64,000 nucleotides of DNA from Nemertoderma westbladi (taxonomy: Eukaryota; Animalia; Xenacoelomorpha), in NCBI GenBank assembly GCA_032718475.1, contig JAUCBJ010001005.1, positions 1 to 64,000 of the forward strand. The letters are read 5' to 3'. The translations under genes were made by a program, and so were the position numbers. Of this stretch, positions 11,351 to 22,200 are shown one piece after another. The notes under the pieces are model-generated. The model was not told where the DNA came from. It did no database searches and saw nothing but the letters and a program-made list of their open reading frames with translations. Position 1 is the first letter of the stretch, and the number at the start of each line of letters is the position of its first letter.

Positions 11351-11689
11351 CGCCAGAGGGTAAAAAGAACAAGTGTCGCGGACACGTAGGTAACTGGTGT
11401 ATTAACGTATAACTGATACCGGGTAATAATGTTACATATAACATAGGTAAATGGCTACAGTAGCAATACGGTCATACACATAAGCAGTATCACGGTAAAG
11501 GAGCAGGTCTGCTATCCAGCAGTCAGGGTAAAGGTGATACAGCTCCGCAAGTGTGCGGAGTCAGGTAATCAGATAGTCTGACCCTGCTCACCGGGGGACC
11601 GGTCTTACACATAGCAGTATGACGTCACCCGGTGTGTTCTAACTAGTCACCACACAAGGTCTGTCAACCGGCTTGACGGTTGGCTGGCG
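11351..11689 (-). repeat. 3' LTR of Troyka-type element
   Basis: About 7 substitutions versus 17192-17530. Confidence 0.95.
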
Positions 11690-11692
11690 TGA

Positions 11693-11713
11693 TCCCTTTT
11701 TTTCTTTCTTTCT
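11693..11713 (-). other. Polypurine tract of Troyka-type element
   Basis: agaaagaaagaaaaaaaggga on the minus strand, 3 nt before the 3' LTR. Confidence 0.85.
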
Positions 11714-12389
11714 ACTTATACCTTTCAATAGTTAGTTCTGCCCTTTTCGGAATTGAAAATACAAAGAGGGTGCCGGCATTGACTAATGATAAGGCTTACC
11801 TAAATTACTTTCAGTTTCTCGCGAATAGGTACGGTACGTGTTATACTACAACTGTATGCACAATTAAATAAGGACATTTAACCAATGATCGGCTTTCCTA
11901 CTAATAATACTACATATAGAATGAACAACGCATGAAGACGCCTAACTAAATTACTTTCAGTTTCGTACGGACAAGGTCAGTCAGTTTATAGCGGATTGTA
12001 ACAGATTGGCAAAAAAACAGAACTATACTAAAGGGATACAAAGTTAAGCAAACAAACTATGAGCCAATAGTAATGGCCGCTGTAATGCACGGGATACCAT
12101 AAACACGTAGGAAAACTTGAGTATTGTAGTGTAATCATGGTGGAGGAAACCCATAGTAGTCTGGTGGGTGCGTATGATGCTGAGGACGCCGGGTGTGTGG
12201 AGGCACGTTGTCCACATCGTCGAACCCGAGGAACACCTCGTCTAGGGACGAAGAGGGTAATGGGGGGCGCGCTGGTGCCGGAGGGGGTGTAGTTGGACGC
12301 ACAGAAGGTACCGGAGGAGAGACCTGGTAATTTCGCTCACCCGGCGGTTCGGTGTCGGCTGGTTGTGGGGAAGGTAGACCCGCTGACCC

Positions 12390-15300
12390 CTAGTCATCGT
12401 CGTTGGACGAGGGTTCGTCGACCGCAGGTACCGAGGTATCGCGGTAGGGTAGCGATAACATTCGGGCCTGCGAACGCAGTTGGCGACCGACGAACTTCTG
12501 GACACTTACCCAGGATTGGTCCGTTGTCGCTACAATGTACCGGGGTCGGCCCTGTAGTTGCGGCGAATCGACGTGGAGGTAGACAATATCACCTACTTCT
12601 AACGGAGTATCTCTAGCGGAGCTACTGGGATGCGGATTTTTGGACTGTGCACTATGGGGATGATTGGCCAAACGACGGCGATGTTGCTGTTCGATAAGCT
12701 CAGAATCCATGAGGGGGAGTTGAGCGCCAGTAAACTGATCGCGTTGGAGCAGAATTTCTCGGGTGGATACGCCGCTCGACCAGATACGCGCATTTAACCG
12801 GGCGACGGCGAGGGCGATGGACACAACGGAGTAGGGTCCCCCTGAGGGATGGAGTTTAAGGAGCTCATCTTCTAATTCGCGAATGGCGTGTTCCGCGACC
12901 ACCGGATTTTTGTCTTTATTTTTGGTGCGACCCAACTCAATACGGATATGGTGGGCAGATAAAACCTTGTCGCCGACTAACGCACGGAATCCGGGTGCGG
13001 GATCGGTACAGATGACTGCGTGGGGGCCGCTAAGGGGGCACACACCGATGCACAACGTGAGGAGGCTATCCCGCAACGTTGTGTGTTGTTCATCTGAGAG
13101 GAACATGGCAGCGGAGTACGACGCGGCGGTTTCGCGGAGGATGAGGATGAACTGCCGATGGCAACGGATGACATCGGCAGCGAATGCGATTCCGATGGCG
13201 GCCGGAGGGTCACCGGATGATTGCTCGATGGATCGCCCTGGGGCGGAACGCAGCGCGGCGCATTGGGCACACTGCGAGTGGATGGATGTGATGGCTTCTT
13301 CCATGTCGAGGGCGTAGAAGTACCGCAGAAACGTAACGCGCAGCTGGGTACGCGACGGGTGTTGCAACTCGAGGTGCAGTGATGTAAGAAGACCAGAGAG
13401 CGCATGGCGAGAGACAATGATCATTTCCCGCGGAGCCGAGAATGCGGTGTGTCGAGGAACAATGAGGAGTCCGTCCATGGCGGCGGATGCGCAGCCGATG
13501 TACCGCTTAACGTCGCGGATGGTCGTCTCCTTCTTGGAGGGATGCGTGCCCTGTGCGAGGTGCGCCTTGGCTCGACGGATAGATGCGCATTCCTGCTGGG
13601 TGACGAGCCAGGTACTACGGGTGGCGTACAAGGGACGCGCTGGAGGGGGGGGGGGGTCTTCGGTGAGAACCTCCGCACGGATGATGGGTTCGTCGGCAAG
13701 CTGATTAACGAAGTCATAGACCTGGCACTGTGGATTAACACACTCGGGAATACTGCGACTTTGGAAGTCGGCTGGTAGGTTGCGCGAACCCTGGATATGG
13801 ACCACGAGGAGTGAGAACTGGCTCACCGTGGCAAGGAAGGTTGTGAGTCTCAGGCTGTTGGAGTAAGCCCCATGGGTAAGTTTAGCGAACGCCTGGACGC
13901 AGGGTTTACTATCGGTGACAACAGATGTGCGGGTAGTAGCGTGAGTGATATAGGGGGCGAAGTGATGAACAGCTGCCGCGATGCGAGTGCTTCCAATTCA
14001 CAAGGAAGCCATGTACGTTGATGGGTTTGCAACTTCGTGGAGTAGAACCCGGCGACGAGGAGTTTCGACTCGCGGCGGACATATAAGACAGCGCCGAGTC
14101 CATCGATGCTGGAGGCGGCGTCGGTGACGATGAACAGCTCGTCGGAGGGCCATGGAAGAACCACAGTATGGCATGTTTTCAGGGCGGCCTGAGCGCGCCG
14201 GAACGCACAAGTCGAAGACTCCGTCCACTGAATGATATTGGTGGAAGCGCCGAGTGCGAGTTCGTCGAGGTCAGAGAGAAGTGCTGCGCAATGGGGGAGA
14301 ACGCGCACGAGGACTTTATACGATCCCAGGAAGGAACGGAGGGACCGGAGAGTGTCAGGTTTATCGCAGGTTGCGTGGGCTGAAACGACATGAGACGACG
14401 CGGTCAGGGAGCCAGCAGTCCATTGCGAGCTAAGAATGGTAGTGGAAAGCGGGCAAATGACGGTCTTCTTGGGGGATAAACGTAAAGAAGAGCGTGCGAG
14501 GTCTGTGAGTAGCGCGTTAAAATTTGCGGCTAATTCGTCTATCGTGTTGCCACCACAATACAAATCGTCTGCGAGTTTACTGACGGCGCCATGCTTGATA
14601 AGTTCCCCGAGGACACGACAGATCAGTTCTTCCAAGGCGGTCTCGGATCCAGGCATACCCATGGTGCAGCGGGTATAGACTCGCACGCCGCGGAATGGTG
14701 TAACAACACCGCAGAACTTCATGGAGTTGCGACTAATGGGGATCTGGTAGAACGCACTCGCTAAATCGGTTTTAATGAGGAACTTATAGGAGCCGATTTC
14801 GCGCAGGGTAGACTCGACACTAGGGAGGAGTGATGGCTGGGGTTTAGCATACCGGGCGATCTCGTTAAAGGCTGTAACGAGACGAGTTCCTCCGTTGGGT
14901 TTGGCGACGAGGAAGGAGGGACTGAGATACTCCACATGTACCCCTGTGTGTTCGGGTGTAGCGAAGACACCGCGTTGTTCAAGTTCATCGAACCGGTCCT
15001 GCAACTCGACGAGGCGGTTGCGGCCGTATTGGGGTACGCGTCCTTTCTGTTGAGGGGGTAGAGTTGGTCCCATTTTGACAACGGCTTCGTAAGGGCCCGC
15101 GGCGCCGTTATATCCGGGGTACTCGGCTTCGAATACCGTGGAGTGCGCGGCGAGGACGTCGGAAAACTGGCAGCGTTCAGCGCTGGTGAGGATGTTGTCG
15201 GGGTCTAAGCGTACGCCGTCGACGGAACGGGGGTTGGGGCGATGGGTAGAGCGCGATGCAGGCGGTGGGACTGTATCAACGGCAGCGGTCGGTATTGCCG

Positions 15301-16950
15301 CCGGTTGGATGGGTGTTGCCAAGCAAACGTGAGAGTTCCGTTTGATCCTGACGGGGATCTGGGTGACGTTGCGGATGGCGATGGAACCGTCGCACACTTC
15401 GGCAAGGAACGGTTGGAACCAGTGGATGGTGGTGGGATGGATGGGGTGCCAGTAAGAGGGGCATGGTACTCGCTACCGGTAGAGTGAGATCCGCATCTGG
15501 CCAGACTACGATGGACTGGGTAGATGCACATACCAGTGTGGACTCGGGTCTTTGCGGGCGCGTGGAGGTTGAGTGCTGGACTCCGAAGGGTATTGTGGTG
15601 CCGTCCGGTAGGGTAATCGTCATATGGGCGGGACGTAGCGTTATATCATTGCGGTATAGGAACGGCATTCCACAAATGATGGGACATCCGAGCTCCGGGA
15701 CGACGAGACCGTTAAACTCGAAGGGAATCGAGCCACGGTGGACGACGAAACGCGTTTCGCCGGTAACCTTCATCTTAGACTGTCCATCGGCCTGTTCGGG
15801 AACCTGGCAACTACTCGGGGAGATATGGACGCCCAGCTGGCGGGCGAACGCCTCCCAGATGAGATTGGATTCTGCGCCACTGTCGAGTAGCAATCAAAGT
15901 GGACGGGACTGATAATCGGCTTCCAAGACGGGGGAACGCATCACAGCAACTCGGTGGGCCGCTGGTGGTTGGTTGTTACTCATTGGGGAATCATCGGGGG
16001 GCTCGAACTCGTCATTGGAACTAGCGGAATCGGCGATATTGATGGCGCGAGTCCGGATGAGGAACTGTTTATCCTGATCGGGGAGGAATGGGCAGGTACT
16101 GAGGAAGTGGTCGAAGTCCTTGCGTTGCGCCTGCTTGCACAGGGGGCAAACCCGGGCAGGTTGTGTGCGGTTCTGTAAACTGGCGCGGGTGGCGCGGGGC
16201 GACCTCCGTCATCTGGGAGCAGAACGTGCGCACGTCGGCTGACACGCGGAGCTCCTCCAAGAGGGACAGCATCGCCTAGCTGATCTCGGCCTTGACGGAA
16301 GCCAAGGTGCGGGAACGAAGTTCGCAGCCATATCGTTGCTTAACCAACGCCGGTAATTCCTTGTGGATGAGACATAACCAAGTCAACACAAGGAAGTTCT
16401 CCACTGTGGGGGAGATCTCCTCGGCGGCGGCGGGGAGCTCGCCATCATGGGTAATGCCCCCGAGGGGTGAGAGGAGGTTGTCATCAAAAAATGCTGTGAG
16501 ATGTTGGAAAAGGTCTTCATGGCGTTCCTCGTGTTCGAGGTGGATGGTGGAGAGATCTAGGAAGTGGGAGCCTGTCCATTGAAAACCGTAATGTAATCGG
16601 AGGGCCTGCCAGACGTATGAGAGAGATGTTGATTTTAGTACGATGGTGTTACGCGCGATAACCTGCGCGTAGTTGGCGATTTGGCCCAGCATGAACTCGA
16701 GGGAGATGAGTTGTTGCTGCGCGGTACGTCGTTGGGCGTCCGGAACACCGGCGGCGTCGTCGACGAGACCCCGGGTCGGACTCGCAGGAGAAGCCTTCTC
16801 CCATACTGCGCCAGCGGCAGTAAACCGCGCAAACTCTGGGTCGAGAGACAGACTATAAATCAATGTCTGGCGCCAGGACTCGAATGACGTGATGGATTCC
16901 TGAGTAGTGAGTTTAACTAAACGTGGAGCCTTTAGGTGTTGATTCGCCAT
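12390..16950 (-). pseudogene. gag-pol of Troyka-type element, broken by stops and frameshifts
   Basis: Gag 16276-16950; protease LLDSGAESN at ~15893; RT with DLASAFYQIP and LADD (13850-15397); RNase H VTDAAS; integrase H..LQHP..C..C, FAADV, TDPAPGF, NPVVAE..I.ELE (12390-13826). Confidence 0.9.
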
Positions 16951-17180
16951 GGTGAATGGTAGATCGGGTTGGGTACTGCGTGAGTCCGCAGTACCGGTTA
17001 GGTAGGTAGTAGCCTAACTGGTGGGTAGATCGCCAGTAGGTACCGGTAACGGCTGACTGGATAGCAGGAAGACGACAGAGGGAGCTCCAACCCCGGGTCG
17101 CCTGGTGAAGAGAACGTGTAGCGACTCTGACTTGCTGCTGACAGGCTGACTGGCTGAGGAGTGAGAATCGAACTCCGAAA

Positions 17181-17191
17181 CGTTGCCACCA
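17181..17191 (-). other. tRNA-type PBS (TGGTGGCAACG), tRNA-Leu-like
   Basis: Begins with TGG immediately after the 5' LTR; one mismatch to the common tRNA-Leu PBS TGGTGGCAGCG. Confidence 0.7.
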
Positions 17192-17530
17192 CGCCAGAGG
17201 GTAAAAAGAACCAATGTCGCGGACACGTAGGTAACTGGTGTATTAACGTATAACTGATACCGGGTAATAATGTTACATATAACATAGGTAAATGGCTACA
17301 GTAGCAATATGGTCATACACATAAGCAGTATCACGGTAAAGGAGCAGGTCTGCTATCCAGCAGTCAGGGTAAAGGTGATACAGCTCCGCAAGTGTGCGGA
17401 GCCAGGTAATCAGATAGTCGGACCCTGCTCACCGGGGGACCGGTCTTACACGTAGCAGTATGACGTCACCCGGTGTGTTCTAACTAGTCACCACTCAAGG
17501 TCTGTCAACCGGCTTGACGGTTGGCTGGCG
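17192..17530 (-). repeat. 5' LTR of Troyka-type element
   Basis: Direct repeat of 11351-11689. Confidence 0.95.
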
Positions 17531-18546
17531 CAGGTTAAACTGTTAAAGGTCTAAAAGCGCGAACAAAATGTTTGAAAGATTATGTCTGAAGTTTGGTCAA
17601 AAATCAGACAGTCTGTCTGACGGTACCTTGTAGTTTCAGTTTGAATAAAAACCGTAATAAATCGGCTAATCATTCCTGAAATTAAACCAAACTTGGTATG
17701 GTTGGTAAGTTATGTATGTAGTCCGTCGAAAGTTTACAAAGAATCTGAAGTTTGGTCAAAAATCAGACTGTCTGTCAGTCCGTATCGTTAGTTTCAGACT
17801 TTTGATAAACCCAAATAAGTTGGCCAATCTTTGATGAAATTAAACCAAACTTGGTACTATATGCAGTCTCGTGTTGCTCGAAGACAACACGGACGTGTAT
17901 TGACTGTCAGCTGGAATTATATCAAGGGACCTTGAATTATTCTCAGGTAATATTTGTTGGGCGAGCCACGAAGTTGACAGAGTCTTATCGAACTGATTAT
18001 GTTAGGGGGGGTAAGGACAAATAGTTGTTGTCGTTGTCATGCTAACAAGACTTTTGAAGACCATCAGATAAACAGTCTTTCGCTAAAGGACTACAAACCT
18101 AAATATTAAGTGTCCTCCTATTTCTTTGCTTTTAATCCGTTCTAGCTGAAACTTGGAATTTGTACAAAACCACTAGCTGTGTCATTTGAAGGTGGCTAAT
18201 CCGGCTGCAGTTCTCTGGTCAGCTGCTGGAGGGCGAAATGTCTCAAAGTGAAATCCTTGACCCATCTCGTTATTTATGATCCGTTCAAGCTGAAACTTGT
18301 TACATACTGTGTGTGCTAGAAGAGAACATATGTCTTTGTGGGGTCGGTATGAAAGTGAACCTTCTTCCATTTCCTTGATCCTAATTGACTTCTCCAATCA
18401 TCCCGAATAATAATCGGTACACAAACTGGTGACACTTTAAGGCGCACGGTACGGTAGGCCCTACTGTGCCACACTACTGTAGCTCCTAGGCCTACACTAC
18501 TATCAATTATTATTTTCTCTTTGTTAACAATTATATTACTTTTTAG

Positions 18547-18684
18547 ATGATGTGGGAGAATACCAGAAAGGTGGGGTGCGCTATTAAAACATGTGGGGAG
18601 TACAAACGATACGCGTTCGCAGCGTGCGATTATTACCCAGCAGGGAACGTGATTGGAGAATTTCCGTACCGAACCAAATCATAA
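18547..18684 (+). CDS. Terminal exon 4 of upstream CAP/SCP paralog
   Basis: ttttag acceptor; MMWENTRKVGCAIKTC...CDYYPAGNVIGEFPYRTKS*; near-identical to 25230-25364. Confidence 0.85.
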   Translation: MMWENTRKVGCAIKTCGEYKRYAFAACDYYPAGNVIGEFPYRTKS

Positions 18685-19853
18685 ACATTTTTGGAATTTA
18701 CAGTATATGTTTAGAACTACTGTAGATTAAAAGGAGTAACTTTATCTTGGTGGTGGATAGCAGTGTAGCATAGGGAAATAATCAATTACTGCACATTAAA
18801 TTAGGGAGGTGAAAGGTTCGTCATTTTGGGTCATGGGTAAAATGGTCACTGTGTAGTAAATAGACAATAACTTTTGATATGTTAATTGCATCTACTAAAT
18901 AGCCCCACTAGTGTAGGTATACTTCAAATGATTCGCTGTAGGCAGGGTTCTAAATGTTTTTTATGTCAATCATGTTATGTTCTCTGGTAGTTTACTAAGT
19001 AATAAACTACACTTCTCCATAAAACATTTATAATAGAAATGTCCAGTGCAGTGCAGTGCAGTGTAGTGCAGTGCAGTCAAGTGTTGTATAGATAGATAGA
19101 CCTAATTATCATTTATTGAGTCGTAATCAAATATGTAATTATTAATTTCATTCAGACATATACAGTGCCTTAATGAAATTCTCAACTAGTAATGAAATAA
19201 TAATGATTGCATCTAGTTTGTAATAAAGAATCCTGTGATTGCATGGAAATTATAATTATGTATTTTTAACGACCCTAAATAATTTTTGTGAATACTGTAA
19301 ATGTCTTTCCAAATTCCACAATTCAATTTTCGCTCATTATTCGCCAGAATAATTTTCACAATACATTTTAAAGGTTGAATAAAATTTATATTTTTAGAGA
19401 ATAACAAATATTTTAATTGGGTGCAACTTGTGGCTCATTCAATGTATTTTATCGATTGCCACCCGGTATGAATTTAGCATATAAAGCCATTTTCAAAAGT
19501 AAAGTCTAATAAAAAATCTAATTTCCGTATCTACTGCTTCTAAAATAGTAACATTCATTCAGGTACGTGCAGCAAAAACAAGCAGCATTAGTTAGTGGCG
19601 TGAATGAACGTTTAGCACTGCAACTTTTACAGGGGCGGGGAACTTATTTTGTCTATTATTTTGGATTGGGACTGTAGCTGTGATTACGGGCCAGTTAGTC
19701 CCAACAACCCCAGTGGTGCCAGCTCTTATGCCATGCGTTGGTTAGTTCGATAGACTGACGGCGACAGCCTGGCTGGTGAAGCCTTTGAAGATGTGCAAGA
19801 AGATTACCTATTTATAAACGGAATTTTGCAATAGCAGCTGCATTAAGAACTTC

Positions 19854-20075
19854 TTAACGAGTAATCAACAAAATTGCACCTCCACAACTCCCTATCCCCT
19901 TGGCTTTCGCGAGATTATCCGCATCTTCAAGGCCAGTGTCCTTTAAGATGCGTTTCAAGAAAGTCAGGGGCTGTCCACCATGCTTATTTTCTCCATGGGG
20001 CTGAATAAGCACAAGATTGTGCACTGGCTGGTCCTCACGGCGAAAGCAATGTCCTGCAAAGCGAAGACGGCAGTA
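19854..20075 (-). mobile_element. RTE-like LINE 3' fragment
   Basis: RLRFAGHCFRREDQPVHNLV...TFLKRILKDTG resembles the RRL.W.GH..R C-terminal motif of RTE-clade ORFs. Confidence 0.65.
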
Positions 20076-21163
20076 TCCTCCAAAGCGAACATGTAAGTCG
20101 ACCTTGGCGTAGTAGTCGCCCAAGCCGCCTTGGTATAGTGGCTATCCCTAACCTGGCTTGCCTGGCACTTATTTGTTTACAAGTTTAGGGTGGTTGGTTT
20201 GATTAGAACCAAAAAAATAACGGAAGTGTTAACTGAAACGTAATGTGTTTCAATATTTTAGTAGGTTAAACTAAGTTACTCGCTGGTATCCGCCATGTTT
20301 AGCGAATATTTTGGGTGATGAATGACATTTCTGGCCTCATTTTTACAGGATATTTTTTGGTATAGTTTTGTTACGAAAATGAAACGACTTAAAAAGGTTG
20401 TACGTTATTATTCAATGGATCACAGTACAACACATTCTGCTGTGTACCGCAGGGACAGTGCTACACCGTTGAGTGTGAATGACCCAGCGGTATTCGAGCG
20501 GTGTCTGAGAGGTAAATAAAAAATAATCTTGATTATTCTGACTGTGAACGAACCAATATGTAGTTGTGCGGTACACCGCATGGCTTACCGCTGCCTTTCG
20601 AAATAATGATAACAAAACAACTGTCTAGACAGTTCAATTATATGTGAACATGAAGGCGACCGGATTCCGGACCAGATTCCGGTACCGTTGAGTGTGAACG
20701 GGCTCTAGGTTGTGTGGGGCGAACCACGCAAGTCCAGGTGAGCCTTAGCGTAGTCGTCGTCTGTCGTCGTAAATGTTTGAACGCCAATAAGTCGGTCAAT
20801 CATTGATGAAATGGAACCAAACTTGGAAACACATGTTGTCTATCAAAAGTTTAGCAATCTTACATAGGGAGACTTCTGTAGTTCATCTGTCTGCAGCTAG
20901 TGGGCGAATTGACAGAAACGTTAAAGTAGCTGTAATTATAGAACCATCCATAAGATTTATATGAAATTTGGTAGGAGTGACCTACGGTCATTGCTGAAAT
21001 TCTGCTCACAGACAGACTTTGACAGTTCCTCTGTCTGCCGCTAGGGGGCGAATGACTAGGTCCACTAATTGTACTTCAACGCAGAGGCTCATCTGGACTT
21101 ACGTGCTGCACGAAGACCCCACGTACCCACGTACGTGTAATGCTGGCTTACCGCTTCAGTACG

Positions 21164-21975
21164 CAGTGCTAACTAGTTGAAAGTTCAACTACATTGTTAA
21201 ATTGTCATTTGATGTTACTGCATTTTTAGTAAAGTGGTTTTATTTAACTTGTCCCTGCGATTTTAGTTAGTTAACGGTTTTTTTTAGTTGACTTTCAACT
21301 AAAATCTAACTAAATTCCGAAAGCTGAAAGCTTTCGGGTTTATAGAGTTTCTATGTCCAAAATTGTCCTTTGACTGTTCTGAACCATCTCATCGAGAGTC
21401 TCGTCTGAATGTTCTGAACAAAATGTACTGAAAAACAAACAAACTGAATGTTCTGAATGTTCTGAACAATAACAGTAATAAATACCTATTGTTAAGTTAA
21501 CGGGGTAGCTCAGTTGGTTGAGCGCCGGGCCTGCAATCTTTGGTTGTAGGTTCAGTCCCGCCAGGGTCCACTCAGCCTTTCATCCACTGGGGTCGATAAA
21601 ATGAGTACCAGTTAAGTAACTGGGAGCAAATCTTGGGATAGGAGTAGCGCCCACCCCTACCCTCGGGTAGCAGCTATCGAAAGAGGAGCCTTCGGGTTGC
21701 CTCCGGCTTCGGCCGACTGTTTGCTTGCTTGCTTGCTTTGTTAAGTTAACATAGTGTTAATCATATGAAAAGTCAAAGTCATACTCAATATACAGTAGTT
21801 TGTGAGGTGTTGCGAAACGGCAATAACAACCGTTGCTATGGTTACCTGAAATATTCACTACTTGGTATTTAGTTAAGTTTTAGTTGAATTTTCAACTAGT
21901 TAACTTGTCATTTATATTAATTTTTTTATTTGGGTTTATTTAATTTGTCATTACAAAATTAGTTGAAAAGCGCTG
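21164..21975. mobile_element. hAT-like non-autonomous element
   Basis: Ends cagtgct / agcgctg; 8-bp flanks tcagtacg and tcagtacc (7/8 match); repeated agttgaa/ttcaact subterminal motifs. Confidence 0.5.
21502..21737 (+). mobile_element. tRNA-derived SINE, full length
   Basis: A box tagctcagttgg, B-box-like ggttcagtccc, central tcagcctttcatcc...ggggtcgataaaatgagtacc, (ttgc)n tail, 13-bp TSD ttgttaagttaac. Confidence 0.9.
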
Positions 21976-22200
21976 TCAGTACCGCTAGATCAACCATTGG
22001 TACCAAACTACCTGTCAACAGATACGTAGTTTACCGCTCACCCACCTGTGAGTGTGAACGAGCTTTAATTTAGTTAATGTGGAAACATTAGCAAAAGGTA
22101 CCAGTATATTATTTAGTTTAAGTTAACTTTGTTCCAAATATAAACTACATGTATGTTTGTTTACCTTCCAGAACAGGAGACGTATTGAGAAAAACTGACG

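Larger units (their letters stand above)
11351..17530 (-). mobile_element. Gypsy-like LTR retrotransposon with CG..CG termini and 3-bp TSD (Troyka-type)
   Basis: 339-bp LTRs at 11351-11689 and 17192-17530 with ends cgccag...ctggcg; TSD CAG at 11348-11350 and 17531-17533; Gag-PR-RT-RH-IN order. The Troyka name is from my recollection of that group's termini and TSD. Confidence 0.85.
10655..17565 (+). mobile_element. Solo LTR of a third subfamily of the same BEL/Pao family (10655-11350 plus 17534-17565), split by a nested element
   Basis: Starts tgttaaagcttttgcgg and ends aaaagcgcgaaca like the A/B/C LTRs; 5-bp TSD AAATG at 10650-10654 and 17566-17570. Confidence 0.9.

Noticed and set aside
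12242-17285. Many overlapping short ORFs on both strands
   Set aside because: By-products of GC-rich gag-pol sequence; no independent motifs.
21502-21575. tRNA gene
   Set aside because: No proper cloverleaf or acceptor stem; it is the head of a TSD-flanked SINE.
20400-22067. Harbinger-like ends (gtgtgaacg.gct.ta at ~20692 and ~22052)
   Set aside because: No matching left TIR or TSD found, so boundaries cannot be supported.
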